Of a stretch of DNA of 64,000 nucleotides, positions 19,519 through 29,637 are shown in pieces. The DNA comes from an uncultured Gemmatimonadaceae bacterium. Its GTDB lineage: Bacteria; Gemmatimonadota; Gemmatimonadetes; Gemmatimonadales; Gemmatimonadaceae. The translations under genes were made by a program, and so were the position numbers. The stretch's first letter is position 1, and each line of letters opens with the position of its first letter. The notes beneath the pieces were generated by a model, which ran no database searches, had not been told where the DNA came from, and saw only the letters and a program-made list of their open reading frames with translations. The stretch lies in assembly GCA_963817955.1 (NCBI GenBank), contig CAWFQK010000001.1, positions 21,675 to 85,674 on the forward strand. Direction: 5' to 3'.

Positions 19519-20736
19519 TCAGACGGGCGCCCGCAGTCCCCGCGTCGCCAGGATTCGCCCGACTACGTCGCCGATCATGTTGTTCGGCGTACTCGCACCG
19601 GCGGTGACGCCGATGCGCACCGGACCGGCCGGCAGCCAGTGGGCTGCGTCGGTCTCCACGTGCTTGATCAGGGAGGCGCGGAAATGGATGGACTTCGCGT
19701 CGGGATCAATTGCCGACGAATTCTCGATGTGGTACGTCGGCACCTCGCCGGCACACAGCGCGGCAAGTGAGATGGTGTTGCTCGAATTGAATCCGCCGAT
19801 CACGACCATGACGTCGACGCCTTCACCGAGCAGCTCGCGTACGGCGTCCTGCCGCTCCTGTGTGGCGCTACAGATGGTATCGAAACTACGAAAGCTCGTC
19901 GCGCGTGCCTCTTCCCCGCGCGCCTTGGCGATCGACGCTCCGATCTGCTCGGCGATCGCCAACGACTCGCGCGCCAGCATGGTCGTTTGATTGGCGACGC
20001 CAATTCGCTGGAGGTGCTTGGCAGGATCAAATCCCGGCGATACGGCCTTCGCGAAGGTCGTCATCAGCGACTCGGCGGGCAAGCGACCTTCGATGTAGTC
20101 ACAGACGAGCAGCGCTTCGTCCATGTTGCGCACCACGAGGTAGTGCCCCTCGGGATATTTCTGCACCTGCGATGCCGTGGCGCGCGTCTCCTCGTGGTAG
20201 TACTTGCCATGGATCACGGCCGTGAAGCCGTCGCGCGCGTAGCTGTCCACGCGCTTCCAGACATTGAGCACCGACCCACAGGTCGTATCCACGAGCACGG
20301 ATCCGATCGTGCGTAGCGCCGAGAAGTCCTCGATCGTCACGCCGAACGCGGGCATGATCACCACGTCTTCGGGCGAAATGCCACTGAAGTCGAAGGCGCC
20401 CATCGGGTCGTCCTTCGACAGGATGGTGACGCCCATTTCCTTCAAGCGATCGTTGACGTGCGGGTTATGGATGATCTCGCCAACGAGGAAGATGCGCCGG
20501 TCGGGGAACTTGCGCCGCGTCTGGTATGCGTACTCGACCGCGCGCTCGACGCCATAACAGAAGCCGAATTCCCGCGCCATGCGGATCGTGACGTCCCCGA
20601 CGGTGAGGGTGTGGTCGTTCGACCGAAGGAAATCGACTATCCGTCCATCATAATCGGCTGCCAAGTCGTCCTGAACGGCGGACTGGAGCCCGAAACCCTT
20701 TCGGAAATAAGTAGATGGCTCTCTTGGCGACGTCAT
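19519..20736 (-). CDS. ispH: 4-hydroxy-3-methylbut-2-enyl diphosphate reductase (long form)
   Basis: LytB motifs: FGFCYGVERAV, GEIIHNPHV, VDTTCGSVLNVW, GGFNSSNT. The start was trimmed to the ATG at 20736 so it does not overlap the divergent kinase gene. Confidence 0.9.
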   Translation of the reverse strand: MTSPREPSTYFRKGFGLQSAVQDDLAADYDGRIVDFLRSNDHTLTVGDVTIRMAREFGFCYGVERAVEYAYQTRRKFPDRRIFLVGEIIHNPHVNDRLKEMGVTILSKDDPMGAFDFSGISPEDVVIMPAFGVTIEDFSALRTIGSVLVDTTCGSVLNVWKRVDSYARDGFTAVIHGKYYHEETRATASQVQKYPEGHYLVVRNMDEALLVCDYIEGRLPAESLMTTFAKAVSPGFDPAKHLQRIGVANQTTMLARESLAIAEQIGASIAKARGEEARATSFRSFDTICSATQERQDAVRELLGEGVDVMVVIGGFNSSNTISLAALCAGEVPTYHIENSSAIDPDAKSIHFRASLIKHVETDAAHWLPAGPVRIGVTAGASTPNNMIGDVVGRILATRGLRAPV

Positions 20737-20773
20737 GGTTGTAAATGTAGCGGCGCTCCTGTAGGATAGCGGA

Positions 20774-22702
20774 ATGACCTCCCAATCCGAGCCGCGTCGC
20801 GCCATCGGCAGCGATGCGCTTTCAGTACGCCTTCAGGCGGCGCTCGCCGGAGAGTACTCCATTGAATGCGAGCTCGGCCGCGGTGGAATGGGCGTCGTTT
20901 ATCTGGCGCGTGAGGTGCGCCTGACGCGGGAGGTCGCCATCAAGATCCTCTTGCCCGAGGTGGCGGAACAAGCGGGCATGCGCGAACAGTTCGTTCGCGA
21001 GGCACAGACCGCGGCGCGGCTGTCGCACCCGAACATCGTCGCGATCCATCGCGTGGACGAGGCAGACGGCATCGTCTACTTCGTCATGGCGTACATCGCC
21101 GGCGAGACGCTGGCTCATCGCGTCGCCACACGCGGCGCGCTGCCACCGCATCAGGCAGCGCGCGTGCTGCGCGACGTGGCATGGGCGCTGACGTACGCAC
21201 ACGCGAGTGGGATCGTGCACCGTGACATCAAGGCCGACAACATTCTGATCGAGCAGTCCACGGGACGCGCGGTCGTGACGGACTTCGGCATTGCGGGTGT
21301 GACGAACGCCGTTGCGCGCACCGACAACGGCCAGATCGTTGGCAGCCCCCATTACGCCAGCCCCGAACAGATCTCCGGCCAGCCGCTGGATGCCATGAGC
21401 GATCTGTATTCCCTGGGCGTCGTGGGGTATCTGTCGCTGACCGGTCGCCTGCCCTTCGATGCGCAGACACCGCAGGACGTGTTGATGATGCATCTCAACG
21501 CCCGGCCGGCGGCGATTGCCACGCTCGCGCCCGCGGTGCCGCCCCGACTGACGCAGGTGATAGAACGGTGCCTGGCCAAGCGCCCGGAACATCGCTTCCC
21601 GAGCGCAACCGCCTTTGCCGACGCGCTGGACCAAGCGGTCGATCCGCCGCGTGAAATCCCCGCGCCACTTCGCGTCTGGCTCGCGCGCACGAATCGGAAC
21701 CCCCGCGCAGAGCTGATCGCGGGCGCTTTCCTCACATTGACGATAGGCGTGCCGTTGGCAACAGAGGGGGGCAACCCCTGGGCTGGACTGGCGGTCTCCC
21801 TGGCCTCGATTGTTGGCCTCGGCATCCTCCCGTCGGTGGCGCGGATGCGGCGCGTCGTAAAGGCTGGTTATGAGATCGACGATGTGCGCGTGGCTGTGCG
21901 CGAGTTCTGGATGAGGCGACGTGAAGAAGTCATGTACGAGCTGCAGGAGCGGCCGCGCGCCTTTGGACCACATGGCCTCCGATATCTTTTTGGCGCAAGT
22001 GCGCTGGGAGCGGTCGCGTTTTGGGCACTCGCAAACGAGGGTAGAGTGTTCCCGCTGGTCGCCGCCATCACGTGCGGAGCGGCTGCCGTCGGCTCCGGCT
22101 TGTTGGCGATCGCCGATTCGCAGCGCGCCTGGCGCATCCACAGTATCGGCGGCGCGCAACTCAAGTTCTACGGCGGCAAGTGGGGTGAACGCTTGGTCCG
22201 CGTGGCCGGTTGGGGCGTGAAGAACAAGGGCAAGGCGTCCTCGCTGCCGCAACTCACCGAGGTCGCGCTCGGACGCGCGACCGATGCGCTGTACAACGCA
22301 TTGCCAAAGGCTCTCCGCAAGCAGCTCAAGTCGCTGCCAAATACCGTGCGTCGGCTCGAAGTGGATGCACAGAAACTCCGCACGCAGATCGACCATCTCG
22401 ACGAATCAATGGTTTCGCTCCAAGGCGACGCCGGCTCGGACGCGCGCGATCGCCTGCTCGCCGATCTGCGCCTGACGCGGGAGCGCGGGAGCGACCGTCT
22501 TTCAGCCACCGTCGCGGCACTCGAGAACATCCGGCTGGATCTGATGCGGTTGCAGCTCGGCAACGGCCACATCCAATCCGTCACCGCATCGCTCGAATCG
22601 GCGCAGCAAGTGGCCGCCGATCTCGGTGCGTATGTCGATGCGGCACGCGAAGTGGAGGATCTCCTCGGTGCCGGCCCGTCTCCGGCGGCAGATCCCGCGT
22701 GA
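20774..22702 (+). CDS. membrane Ser/Thr protein kinase with C-terminal coiled-coil module
   Basis: Hanks motifs GRGGMGVVY, AIK, HRDIKADNILI, DFGIA, SPEQ. Followed by TM helices and a helical C-terminus. Confidence 0.85.
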   Translation: MTSQSEPRRAIGSDALSVRLQAALAGEYSIECELGRGGMGVVYLAREVRLTREVAIKILLPEVAEQAGMREQFVREAQTAARLSHPNIVAIHRVDEADGIVYFVMAYIAGETLAHRVATRGALPPHQAARVLRDVAWALTYAHASGIVHRDIKADNILIEQSTGRAVVTDFGIAGVTNAVARTDNGQIVGSPHYASPEQISGQPLDAMSDLYSLGVVGYLSLTGRLPFDAQTPQDVLMMHLNARPAAIATLAPAVPPRLTQVIERCLAKRPEHRFPSATAFADALDQAVDPPREIPAPLRVWLARTNRNPRAELIAGAFLTLTIGVPLATEGGNPWAGLAVSLASIVGLGILPSVARMRRVVKAGYEIDDVRVAVREFWMRRREEVMYELQERPRAFGPHGLRYLFGASALGAVAFWALANEGRVFPLVAAITCGAAAVGSGLLAIADSQRAWRIHSIGGAQLKFYGGKWGERLVRVAGWGVKNKGKASSLPQLTEVALGRATDALYNALPKALRKQLKSLPNTVRRLEVDAQKLRTQIDHLDESMVSLQGDAGSDARDRLLADLRLTRERGSDRLSATVAALENIRLDLMRLQLGNGHIQSVTASLESAQQVAADLGAYVDAAREVEDLLGAGPSPAADPA

Positions 22703-23637
22703 CCACACCGCTCCTCCGACCACCGGCCATCGTGAAGGGCGACTCCATTGGCATCGTGTCGCCCTCCTACGCGCCGAAGCACGCCTGGCTTCAGCGGGGC
22801 ATCAGCGCACTCGAGCGCGCGGGCTTCAACGTGCTCCTCGATCCCAATATCGAAAAGTCGCCGCGCTTCAAACGCGTCGAGGACAAACGGCGCGCCGAGC
22901 AGCTCATGGCCATGTGGCTCAACCCACAGGTGAAGGCGATCATCGCCAGCACCGGCGGGTACGGCGCCGTTCGCCTGCTGCCGCATCTCGATCCCGCGGT
23001 GTTCCGCAACAATCCCAAGTCGTTCGTGGGCTACTCGGACATCACCGCGCTGCATCTGTGGCTCATGCGCCTCGCCAATCTGCGCAGCTTCCATGGCCCC
23101 ACCGTGGACGATCTCATTCCGAGCATGCGCGATCCCACAATGGTGTCGTTGCTTGCTGCCCTCACGACGCCCTGTCCGACGCAGAAGATCGGCCGCGAGC
23201 TGTCGCGCGGCGTCGTGCCGGGACGCGCCACGGGTCGCTTGGTGGGCGGCAATCTCTCGCTGGTGCAGCAGACGATCGGTACGTCGTACCAGGTGGAGAT
23301 CGACCACGCCATCCTGTTCATCGAGGAGACTCGTGACCCCATGTCGGTGGTGGACGAGCGTCTGGTACACATGCGCGCCGCGGGATTGCTCGAGCGCGTC
23401 TCGGGGATCGTCTTCGGTCAGCTCTCGCTCGATCGCTCGGAGGAAGACGAATTCGAGGATTTTCTACTCGACCTCATCTCCGATCTGCACGTGCCCGTGC
23501 TCATGGACTTTCCAGCCGGTCATGAAAACCCTAATCTGACGCTGCCCATCGGCACCGAGGTGGAGTTGGTCGTCGAAGAGCAGCGGGGCTGGATCGTCTA
23601 TCGCGAAGACGCGTTGAGTGCTCCGGTGGGTGTGTAG
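22699..23637 (+). CDS. LD-carboxypeptidase (peptidase S66)
   Basis: GTG at 22699 overlaps the kinase stop (GTGA). Motifs IGIVSPS, GGYGAVRLL, nucleophile context GYSDITALH, and C-terminal FPAGHE. Confidence 0.8.
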   Translation: MTTPLLRPPAIVKGDSIGIVSPSYAPKHAWLQRGISALERAGFNVLLDPNIEKSPRFKRVEDKRRAEQLMAMWLNPQVKAIIASTGGYGAVRLLPHLDPAVFRNNPKSFVGYSDITALHLWLMRLANLRSFHGPTVDDLIPSMRDPTMVSLLAALTTPCPTQKIGRELSRGVVPGRATGRLVGGNLSLVQQTIGTSYQVEIDHAILFIEETRDPMSVVDERLVHMRAAGLLERVSGIVFGQLSLDRSEEDEFEDFLLDLISDLHVPVLMDFPAGHENPNLTLPIGTEVELVVEEQRGWIVYREDALSAPVGV

Positions 23638-23671
23638 CGATGGTCGCCCTCCTTCTGCTGTCGCCGCCGCT

Positions 23672-25132
23672 ATGAGCGAGGCATACGATCTGGTCGTGAT
23701 CGGCGCCGGGCCCGCGGGCGAGAAGGGCGCAGCGCAAGCTGCCTACTTCGGGAAGCGTGTCTGCATCATCGAGCGCGCGCCCAGACCCGGCGGCGCCGCG
23801 ATCAACACCGGCACCGTCCCATCCAAGACCCTGCGCGAAACGGCGCTCTACTTCTCGGGTCTGCGCCAACGCGGCCTGTACGGCGTCGATTATCACGTCA
23901 AGCGCAATATCACGATTAGCGACTTCATGTTCCGCGAGCGCTCGGTGATCGACGCCGAGTGGAAGCTGATCGACGAGAACATCCGCACGCACGGCATTGC
24001 GCAGATCCAGGGCTCGGCAAGGTTCATCGACCAGCAAACTGTGGAGGTCGCGCGCTACGGGACCGAGCCGCGGCAGATAACAGGCCAGGCGTTTCTCATC
24101 GCCACAGGATCGGCGCCGTTGCGGCCGCAAGGGGTCGTTGTGGACGGTAGCGTGATCGTGGACAGCGACTCGTTGCTCCGACTCGAGAAGATTCCGGCGT
24201 CGATGATCGTCGTGGGCGGGGGCGTGGTCGGATGCGAGTACGCGTGCATCTTCGCCGCACTCGGCGTGCACGTGTCGATCATCACGTCTCGCCCGCGACT
24301 GTTGGCGCATCTCGACGCCGAGGTCAGCGACGCGCTACGACAGCAGATGACGTCGCGGCTCGGCGTTCAGGTGCACGTCGGCACCGATATCGCCCAACTG
24401 GCGGTGGAGAATGGGCGCGCCGTGATCACGCTCGCCGGCGGCGATCAACTGAACGGCGATTGCGCGCTGTACTGCGCGGGACGCACTGGCGCATCGAACG
24501 GACTTGGTCTGACAGAACTTGGTGTCCACACCAATTCGCGCGGCTTCATCGAAGTCGATGAGCATTATCGCACCGCCGTGCCGGGGATCTACGCGGCCGG
24601 CGACGTGGTCGGCTTCCCGACGCTTGCGTCCACGTCCATGGAACAGGCACGCGTTGCGATCTGTCACGCCTTCGATCTGCGGTACAAGCAGGCAATGGCG
24701 AACGTGATTCCCTACGCCGTCTACACGATCCCGGAGATTGCCACGGTCGGCATGACGGAAGAGCAGCTCAGAAGCAGAGGCATCGATTACGAGATCGGCC
24801 GCGCGTCGTTCCGCAACAACGCACGCGGCCAGATCATTGGAGATCTCGACGGATTCGTGAAGCTGCTGTTCCGGTCCGAGGATCAGAGCCTGTTGGGCGC
24901 ATCGATCGTCGGCGAGTCCGCGGCCGAATTGATCCACGTCGCGATGGCCTGCCTGTCGTTCGGCGGAACGATCGACTTCTTCATACAAAGCGTATTCAAC
25001 TATCCATCGCTCTCAGAGACGTACAAGTACGCGGCGTACGACGGACTGCAGGCGCTGGCGCGCCGTCACGCCAGGCAGCCGGGGCTGCCGAGCGAGGACA
25101 GGCACAATGTGGATTGGACTCCGGATCTCTGA
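23672..25132 (+). CDS. sthA: soluble pyridine nucleotide transhydrogenase-like flavoprotein
   Basis: FAD motif YDLVVIGAGPAGEKGA. It has GGAAINTGTVPSK in place of the Lpd redox disulfide CxxxxC, as in SthA. NAD fold VVGGGVVGCEYA. Dimerisation domain present. Confidence 0.8.
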   Translation: MSEAYDLVVIGAGPAGEKGAAQAAYFGKRVCIIERAPRPGGAAINTGTVPSKTLRETALYFSGLRQRGLYGVDYHVKRNITISDFMFRERSVIDAEWKLIDENIRTHGIAQIQGSARFIDQQTVEVARYGTEPRQITGQAFLIATGSAPLRPQGVVVDGSVIVDSDSLLRLEKIPASMIVVGGGVVGCEYACIFAALGVHVSIITSRPRLLAHLDAEVSDALRQQMTSRLGVQVHVGTDIAQLAVENGRAVITLAGGDQLNGDCALYCAGRTGASNGLGLTELGVHTNSRGFIEVDEHYRTAVPGIYAAGDVVGFPTLASTSMEQARVAICHAFDLRYKQAMANVIPYAVYTIPEIATVGMTEEQLRSRGIDYEIGRASFRNNARGQIIGDLDGFVKLLFRSEDQSLLGASIVGESAAELIHVAMACLSFGGTIDFFIQSVFNYPSLSETYKYAAYDGLQALARRHARQPGLPSEDRHNVDWTPDL

Positions 25133-25161
25133 CTGGCCGGATGTCGCCGGCTGCGCCGTAG

Positions 25162-25728
25162 TCAGTACAGCTCCTCAGACAGAAACGGCGCCAGCGCGTA
25201 GCTGACGAGCACTTCGTACGCGCGCTGCCGGTCGACGAGTCCGCGGGTGAGAATGCCGACCGCGCCCTTGCCGCGTTTCGTGTCATGCTCGCCGATCAGG
25301 CGATCCATTGCATGGCCGAGTTCCATGCCACCGCGAATCAGCCCGGCGACGGCCGGCGGGAGCGGGACGCACAGGGATCCACCTACCCCTTGGCGTCCGT
25401 CGCGCGACACGATTGCGGCCCAGGCACAGGTGCGCATCGAACCATCGGGCTGCTCCACGACGCCACCTTCAATGCCGACGCCGAGGTCCGCGTCGAGGGC
25501 TTCGCGTGCAGCGATGGCGCGGGCGAGTGCGCCTCGGATCGTTTGCTCGTCACCAACCGGTTGCTCCGGTACACCCGACGCGACGTTCAGGCCCTGGACC
25601 ACGGCCAGCGGCGCGACGGCGCCGAGCACGGCGCGCACCGCGCCAATCTTCACCGGGTTGGTGGAACCCACTACGATCGTCTTGTGCGATGCGAGCGGCG
25701 GTGGCGGAACGTCAGCAGTCACAATCAA
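25162..25728 (-). CDS. inosine/xanthosine triphosphatase (YjjX/DUF84 NTPase family)
   Basis: IVVGSTNPVKIGAVRAV...GVPEQP...GIEGGV pattern. The start codon is non-ATG (TTG 25728 or GTG 25722). Confidence 0.7.
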   Translation of the reverse strand: MIVTADVPPPPLASHKTIVVGSTNPVKIGAVRAVLGAVAPLAVVQGLNVASGVPEQPVGDEQTIRGALARAIAAREALDADLGVGIEGGVVEQPDGSMRTCAWAAIVSRDGRQGVGGSLCVPLPPAVAGLIRGGMELGHAMDRLIGEHDTKRGKGAVGILTRGLVDRQRAYEVLVSYALAPFLSEELY

Positions 25729-25896
25729 TAAGTATCGTTTCGTTCACAATTCACGTTGCGACGGGCGAGAAATGTACCTCGCGTCGTCACACTCCGTTAG
25801 ATGGCGACGTAAGAACCGTAAACGGTCGTGCCGCCGCCGGCTTCGCTTGCTGCGAGTCCGTCCGCGAGATATGCTTGACGTCCCTTGTCGAACACG

Positions 25897-26562
25897 ATGC
25901 TGACGATCACTCCGTCCTCCGACTCCGCCGCGGTACCACTCGCCGGTTCCCATTCGACGACCGACCAGTCGCCGTTTGTGTTCATCGGAGAACGCCTCTG
26001 GCTGGATTTCGTAAACTGTGAATACGGGCTGCGTCGCCGGGACGCGCTGAATGATTTCGAGACGCTCGTGCGCTGGCTCGAGGTCGCCGGGGTGCTCGAC
26101 GTGGATCGCGCCAGTGGAATCCGCCGGAGGGCCGAGCAGCAGCCGGCTGGTGCAGGAGTGGCGCTCATCGAAGCACGGCGCGTGCGCACCGCCCTTCGGT
26201 CGCTCGCCGAGCGCGGCCCAATGAGCGAGCGGATGCGCAACGAAGGACTCGTCGAGATCAATCGGGTGCTGGGCCGTAGCGCGGGTACGCGCCGCGTCGA
26301 CCTGCGCCAGGACGGCACGTTCATCCGCTCCTTCGTACCGGTGGGCGATGCGTTCGCCGGTCTCATGATCCCCATCGTCGAGTCGGCCGCCGACGCACTC
26401 ATTCTCGGCGAGCTGTCGCGCGTACACATCTGTGCGGACCCACGCTGTCAACGCGTGTTCTTCGATGGCACCAAGAATGGACGCCGCCGCTGGTGCGACA
26501 TGGCCACCTGTGGCAACCGCGCCAAGGCGGCACGCCACCGGGAGAAGCTGAAGTCGCAGTGA
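25897..26562 (+). CDS. CGNR zinc-finger (ABATE domain) protein
   Basis: C-terminal C..RCQRVFFDGTKNGRRRWCDMATCGNRAKAARHR is the CGNR Zn-finger signature. Confidence 0.8.
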   Translation: MLTITPSSDSAAVPLAGSHSTTDQSPFVFIGERLWLDFVNCEYGLRRRDALNDFETLVRWLEVAGVLDVDRASGIRRRAEQQPAGAGVALIEARRVRTALRSLAERGPMSERMRNEGLVEINRVLGRSAGTRRVDLRQDGTFIRSFVPVGDAFAGLMIPIVESAADALILGELSRVHICADPRCQRVFFDGTKNGRRRWCDMATCGNRAKAARHREKLKSQ

Positions 26563-27074
26563 GCCCGGTTGTCGAAGTCCTGCGGACCTACCTCGAGCTG
26601 CGCTCGCTCGATCAACTCCACGGTACGCCCGCCCGCGACGACATCCGATTCGTGCAGCGCGTTGGCATTTCCGTAACGGAATACCGGCGGCTCTATCTGC
26701 TGGTCGGCGACCAGTGGTATTGGCACGATCGCAATCGCTGGTCAGACGATAAGCTCGCGGCGTATCTGGCTGATCCCAGTGTCTCTGTCTGGGAGGCGCT
26801 GGTCGGCGACGACAGTGCTGGCTATTTCGAGATTCAGCGCGACAGCGACGACTCGGCGGAGATCGCGTACTTCGGCCTTGCGAGCGAGTTCATTGGCCGC
26901 GGACTCGGCAAGGTCATGCTGGCACGGGCCGTTGAAGAGGCATTCGCGCTGGGCGTGCCGCGCGTCTGGCTGCACACGTGTACACTCGACTCTCCGCACG
27001 CACTACCGAACTACCTGGCGCGAGGGTTCGAGCCGTTCAGGCAGGAGACGTTCGTGGTGCAGCTTCCGGAGTGA
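26559..27074 (+). CDS. GNAT family N-acetyltransferase
   Basis: GTG overlaps the previous stop (GTGA). Acetyl-CoA loop EFIGRGLGKVML and C-terminal YLARGFEPF. Confidence 0.8.
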   Translation: MSPVVEVLRTYLELRSLDQLHGTPARDDIRFVQRVGISVTEYRRLYLLVGDQWYWHDRNRWSDDKLAAYLADPSVSVWEALVGDDSAGYFEIQRDSDDSAEIAYFGLASEFIGRGLGKVMLARAVEEAFALGVPRVWLHTCTLDSPHALPNYLARGFEPFRQETFVVQLPE

Positions 27075-27201
27075 TCGGGGGCAGCGGTTGGGGCTACGCA
27101 ACATCCAATGTGCGACTTCACATGTCGTCGGTGCTACGCTGCAAGCGTCGCGGTTGTTTTGCGCGCTTCCGCAGCGTATAGTGACCACCTCTTGCCGTTA
27201 G

Positions 27202-27666
27202 ATGTCACCAGATGATCGTGCGATGGCAGAAACTCCATTCGGTTTCAATCCCCAATCGGACGCGGGCTCCGGCGACGCGCTCTTGCAGCTTCGTCGCGAG
27301 GATGTCGCCGCCCTCGCCGCGGTCTACCTCCGGGATAGTCGTGCCCCGCGCCAATGGGCGGGAGTTGCTGCCGGTCTTGGCGGCCTTGCTCTTGGTCCGC
27401 TCCTCATGACGCTGGGCGCGCATCTGGGATGGCCGGCCACCCTTGAGCCGTATTTCTTCTTTGGCGGCTGGGCGATCATGCTGACTTGCGGAGTAGCCGT
27501 CTGGCGGCGGGAACGGGTGCTACGCTTGCGCTACCGGTTTCAGTGCCCGTCGTGCGATACCGCACTTCTCAACGGCATCCGCGACCAAGCCGGGCTCGCA
27601 CGTGTTGAGTTGATCATCGCCACAAGCACGTGCCCGCATTGTGGTTCACGGATTCTCGCGCCGTGA
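27202..27666 (+). CDS. hypothetical membrane protein with C-terminal zinc-ribbon
   Basis: Two TM helices, then CPSC...CPHC. The ATG lies inside a GTTAGATG core-like motif. Confidence 0.5.
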   Translation: MSPDDRAMAETPFGFNPQSDAGSGDALLQLRREDVAALAAVYLRDSRAPRQWAGVAAGLGGLALGPLLMTLGAHLGWPATLEPYFFFGGWAIMLTCGVAVWRRERVLRLRYRFQCPSCDTALLNGIRDQAGLARVELIIATSTCPHCGSRILAP

Positions 27667-27669
27667 CAT

Positions 27670-27686
27670 CTAACGAGGATGTAGAA
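27670..27686 (+). repeat. conserved post-stop motif CTAACGAGGATGTAGAA (copy 1 of 3)
   Basis: Starts 4 nt after the stop at 27666. GATGTAGAAT (27678-27687) pairs with ATTCTACATC (27820-27829). Confidence 0.9.
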
Positions 27687-27915
27687 TTGGTCCCATCGCT
27701 AGTTCTGCGATCGCGATGTTGAAAACTCGACGTCGCCCGAAGCTACAGGATCGACGATCCTCACCTCGGGAATGATCTGACGACAGCCAAATTCGGAGGT
27801 CGCGGAATGGTGGGGACATATTCTACATCGTCAACATACGCTGAAGCCGACCGCGTTAGACAACACTCCAAGCATCGCGACAACGAAGGGACTGCCGGGC
27901 CGAGGCCCTCTCTCG

Positions 27916-28368
27916 ATGACCGTTGAGCGCATTGAAGGCGAGGCGATCCAAGCGCTGCTCCCCCACCGCTATCCGTTCCTTCTCGTTGACCGCATCGATG
28001 TCATCGAGCGCGGCCGGCATGTCGTCGGATCGAAACAACTCTCGGCTGGGGAGTGGTGGTGCGCGGGAGCAGCGCAGACTTCCATCTTTCCATTCGGTTT
28101 GGTCGTCGAGGCGCTCGCGCAGACGAGCGGCGCAATCGTCCGGGATCTAACCGATGGCGAGGGCGGCGCCATTGCTTACTTCATGGGCGCGAACCGCGTT
28201 CGGCTACGCCGACCTGCGCATCCGGGCGAGGAACTCACGATGACCGTTGTCCTTCGTCAGTGGCGTCGCGGACTCTGTCGCGCATATGGTGAGGCAACCG
28301 TTCATGGCCACCTCGTGGCGGCCGCGACACTGACAACGATGGTGCGCGTGTTGTCCGACGAAGGCTGA
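27916..28368 (+). CDS. FabZ/FabA-like beta-hydroxyacyl-ACP dehydratase (hotdog fold)
   Basis: LLPHRYPFLLVDRI signature, then VVEALAQTSG. About 150 aa. Confidence 0.8.
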   Translation: MTVERIEGEAIQALLPHRYPFLLVDRIDVIERGRHVVGSKQLSAGEWWCAGAAQTSIFPFGLVVEALAQTSGAIVRDLTDGEGGAIAYFMGANRVRLRRPAHPGEELTMTVVLRQWRRGLCRAYGEATVHGHLVAAATLTTMVRVLSDEG

Positions 28369-28387
28369 ACTTGTCGAGCGATTTATG

Positions 28388-28440
28388 GAAGCTCGCTACG
28401 CTCGCATTCAATTGAGCTCGCTTGCGAGTTAGCTCGGGCG
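28388..28440 (+). repeat. ~53-nt GCTCGC-rich repeat ending GTTAGCTCGGGC (copy a)
   Basis: GAAGCTCGCTACGCTCGCATTCAATTGAGCTCGCTTGCGAGTTAGCTCGGGCG aligns with 31038-31090. Confidence 0.85.
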
Positions 28441-29397
28441 TCAGGCACCTACCAATACTTCAATCGCGATTGGAGATCCTGTTGCGTCGAGGTCGTACGG
28501 CCTTGCTCGTCCTGCTCTGGACTGCCGTACAGTTGGGCTGTCGGGCGGGCCACCTAAACAACAGCAGCGGTCTGCCGGCTGGCGAGGCGCCATCCTACCG
28601 CATCGACAGCGGGTCGGTGCGCGTCAATGGCACGCGTCTCTTCTACGAGGCAGCCGGGAGCGGATCGGTCGTCGTCCTCCTTCACGGCGGGAACCTCGAC
28701 CGCCGCATGTGGGACCCGCAGTTCCTGCCGCTCGCGCGCGAGCACCGGGTCATCCGCTACGACCTGCGCGGCTACGGGAAGTCGGGACCGGCGGACGCGC
28801 CCTTCCAGCCACGAAGACCTGCGCGCCCTGCTCGAAGCCCTCGGCGTCGTGCGCGCGTCCCTCGTCGGCCTCTCGGGTGGTGGGCGCATCGCCATCGACT
28901 TCGCGCTGGCCCACCCGGAGATGGTGAATCGCCTGGTGCTGGCCGCGCCCGGGCTCAGCGGCTGGCAGTACTCCACGAGTGACACGGCGTATTTCCCGGA
29001 GGCACGGCGCGCGCGCGACCGCGGCGACGCGGCGGGCCTAGGTCTCGCATGGCTCGGGAGCGCCTATCTGCTGCCCGCGATGGAGCACCCCGAGCTGGTG
29101 TGGCGGCTCCGGGAAATGGCGGCCGACAACGGCGGGAACTGGATGGGCCTATTGAAGCACGGCGACCTCGAGCGCGTCGCCGACCCGTCTGCGCTCCATC
29201 AGACGGCCATGCTTCGGGCGCCGACCCTGCTCGTGGTCGGCACCCGGGACGTGCCAGACATTCAGGCCATCGCCGACACCCTGACGGCCCACGTCCCCGG
29301 TTTGCGGCGCGAGACCTTCGTCGGAGTCGGGCACCTCGTGAACATGGAGCAGCCCGAGCGCTTCACGACGCTGGTCCTTGACTTCCTGCGCCGGTAG
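28422..29397 (+). pseudogene. alpha/beta hydrolase (lipoprotein-type N-terminus) disrupted by a +1 frameshift near 28805
   Basis: Frame A reads ...[19 protein letters not shown]...[16 protein letters not shown]. Frame B continues [29 protein letters not shown]...HLVNMEQPERF. One extra C in the CCTTCC run joins them. Confidence 0.7.
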
Positions 29398-29593
29398 CTG
29401 CCTCCCAGGAGGCGTCATCTGTCACGTCCGTTAGAAAAGACTCGTTGAGGGGCACGATCAATAACACGGCCCCTCGCTGTTACATCTCCCGCCACCATTC
29501 CCACGTCGAGCGTCTGGAGCACGCGGGCCGGCATGGTCCGCACGCGCCTTGATTTGACTCGTTCGCAGCTGAACTCGGGCGCGAGCTAGCCGC

Positions 29594-29632
29594 ATAGTAA
29601 CGCTTGACGTTATGGTCGCGACGCGTTACTAT
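29594..29632 (+). promoter_or_regulatory. sigma-70-type promoter TTGACG-N17-TACTAT embedded in a 10-bp perfect inverted repeat (putative HigA operator)
   Basis: -35 at 29604-29609, -10 at 29627-29632. Inverted repeat ATAGTAACGC (29594-29603) / GCGTTACTAT (29623-29632). The higB GTG lies 6 nt after the -10. Confidence 0.6.
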
Positions 29633-29637
29633 TCGTT

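Noticed and set aside
22210-22698. N-terminal extensions of track ORFs: 22210-23637, 53526-54566, 13704-15284, 5107-5895, 52073-53560 and 61159-63918.
   Set aside because: The extensions overlap neighbouring well-supported genes or lack homology-like sequence. Internal starts with 4-nt overlaps, signal peptides or the onset of family motifs were preferred.
25729-25884. A complete integron (intI + attI + Pc) at the left edge of the cassette-like run.
   Set aside because: No tyrosine-recombinase-like translation occurs in any frame of the window. The upstream gene is a yjjX-type NTPase. I could not find a convincing Pc-like promoter. Only a CALIN-like hypothesis is retained.
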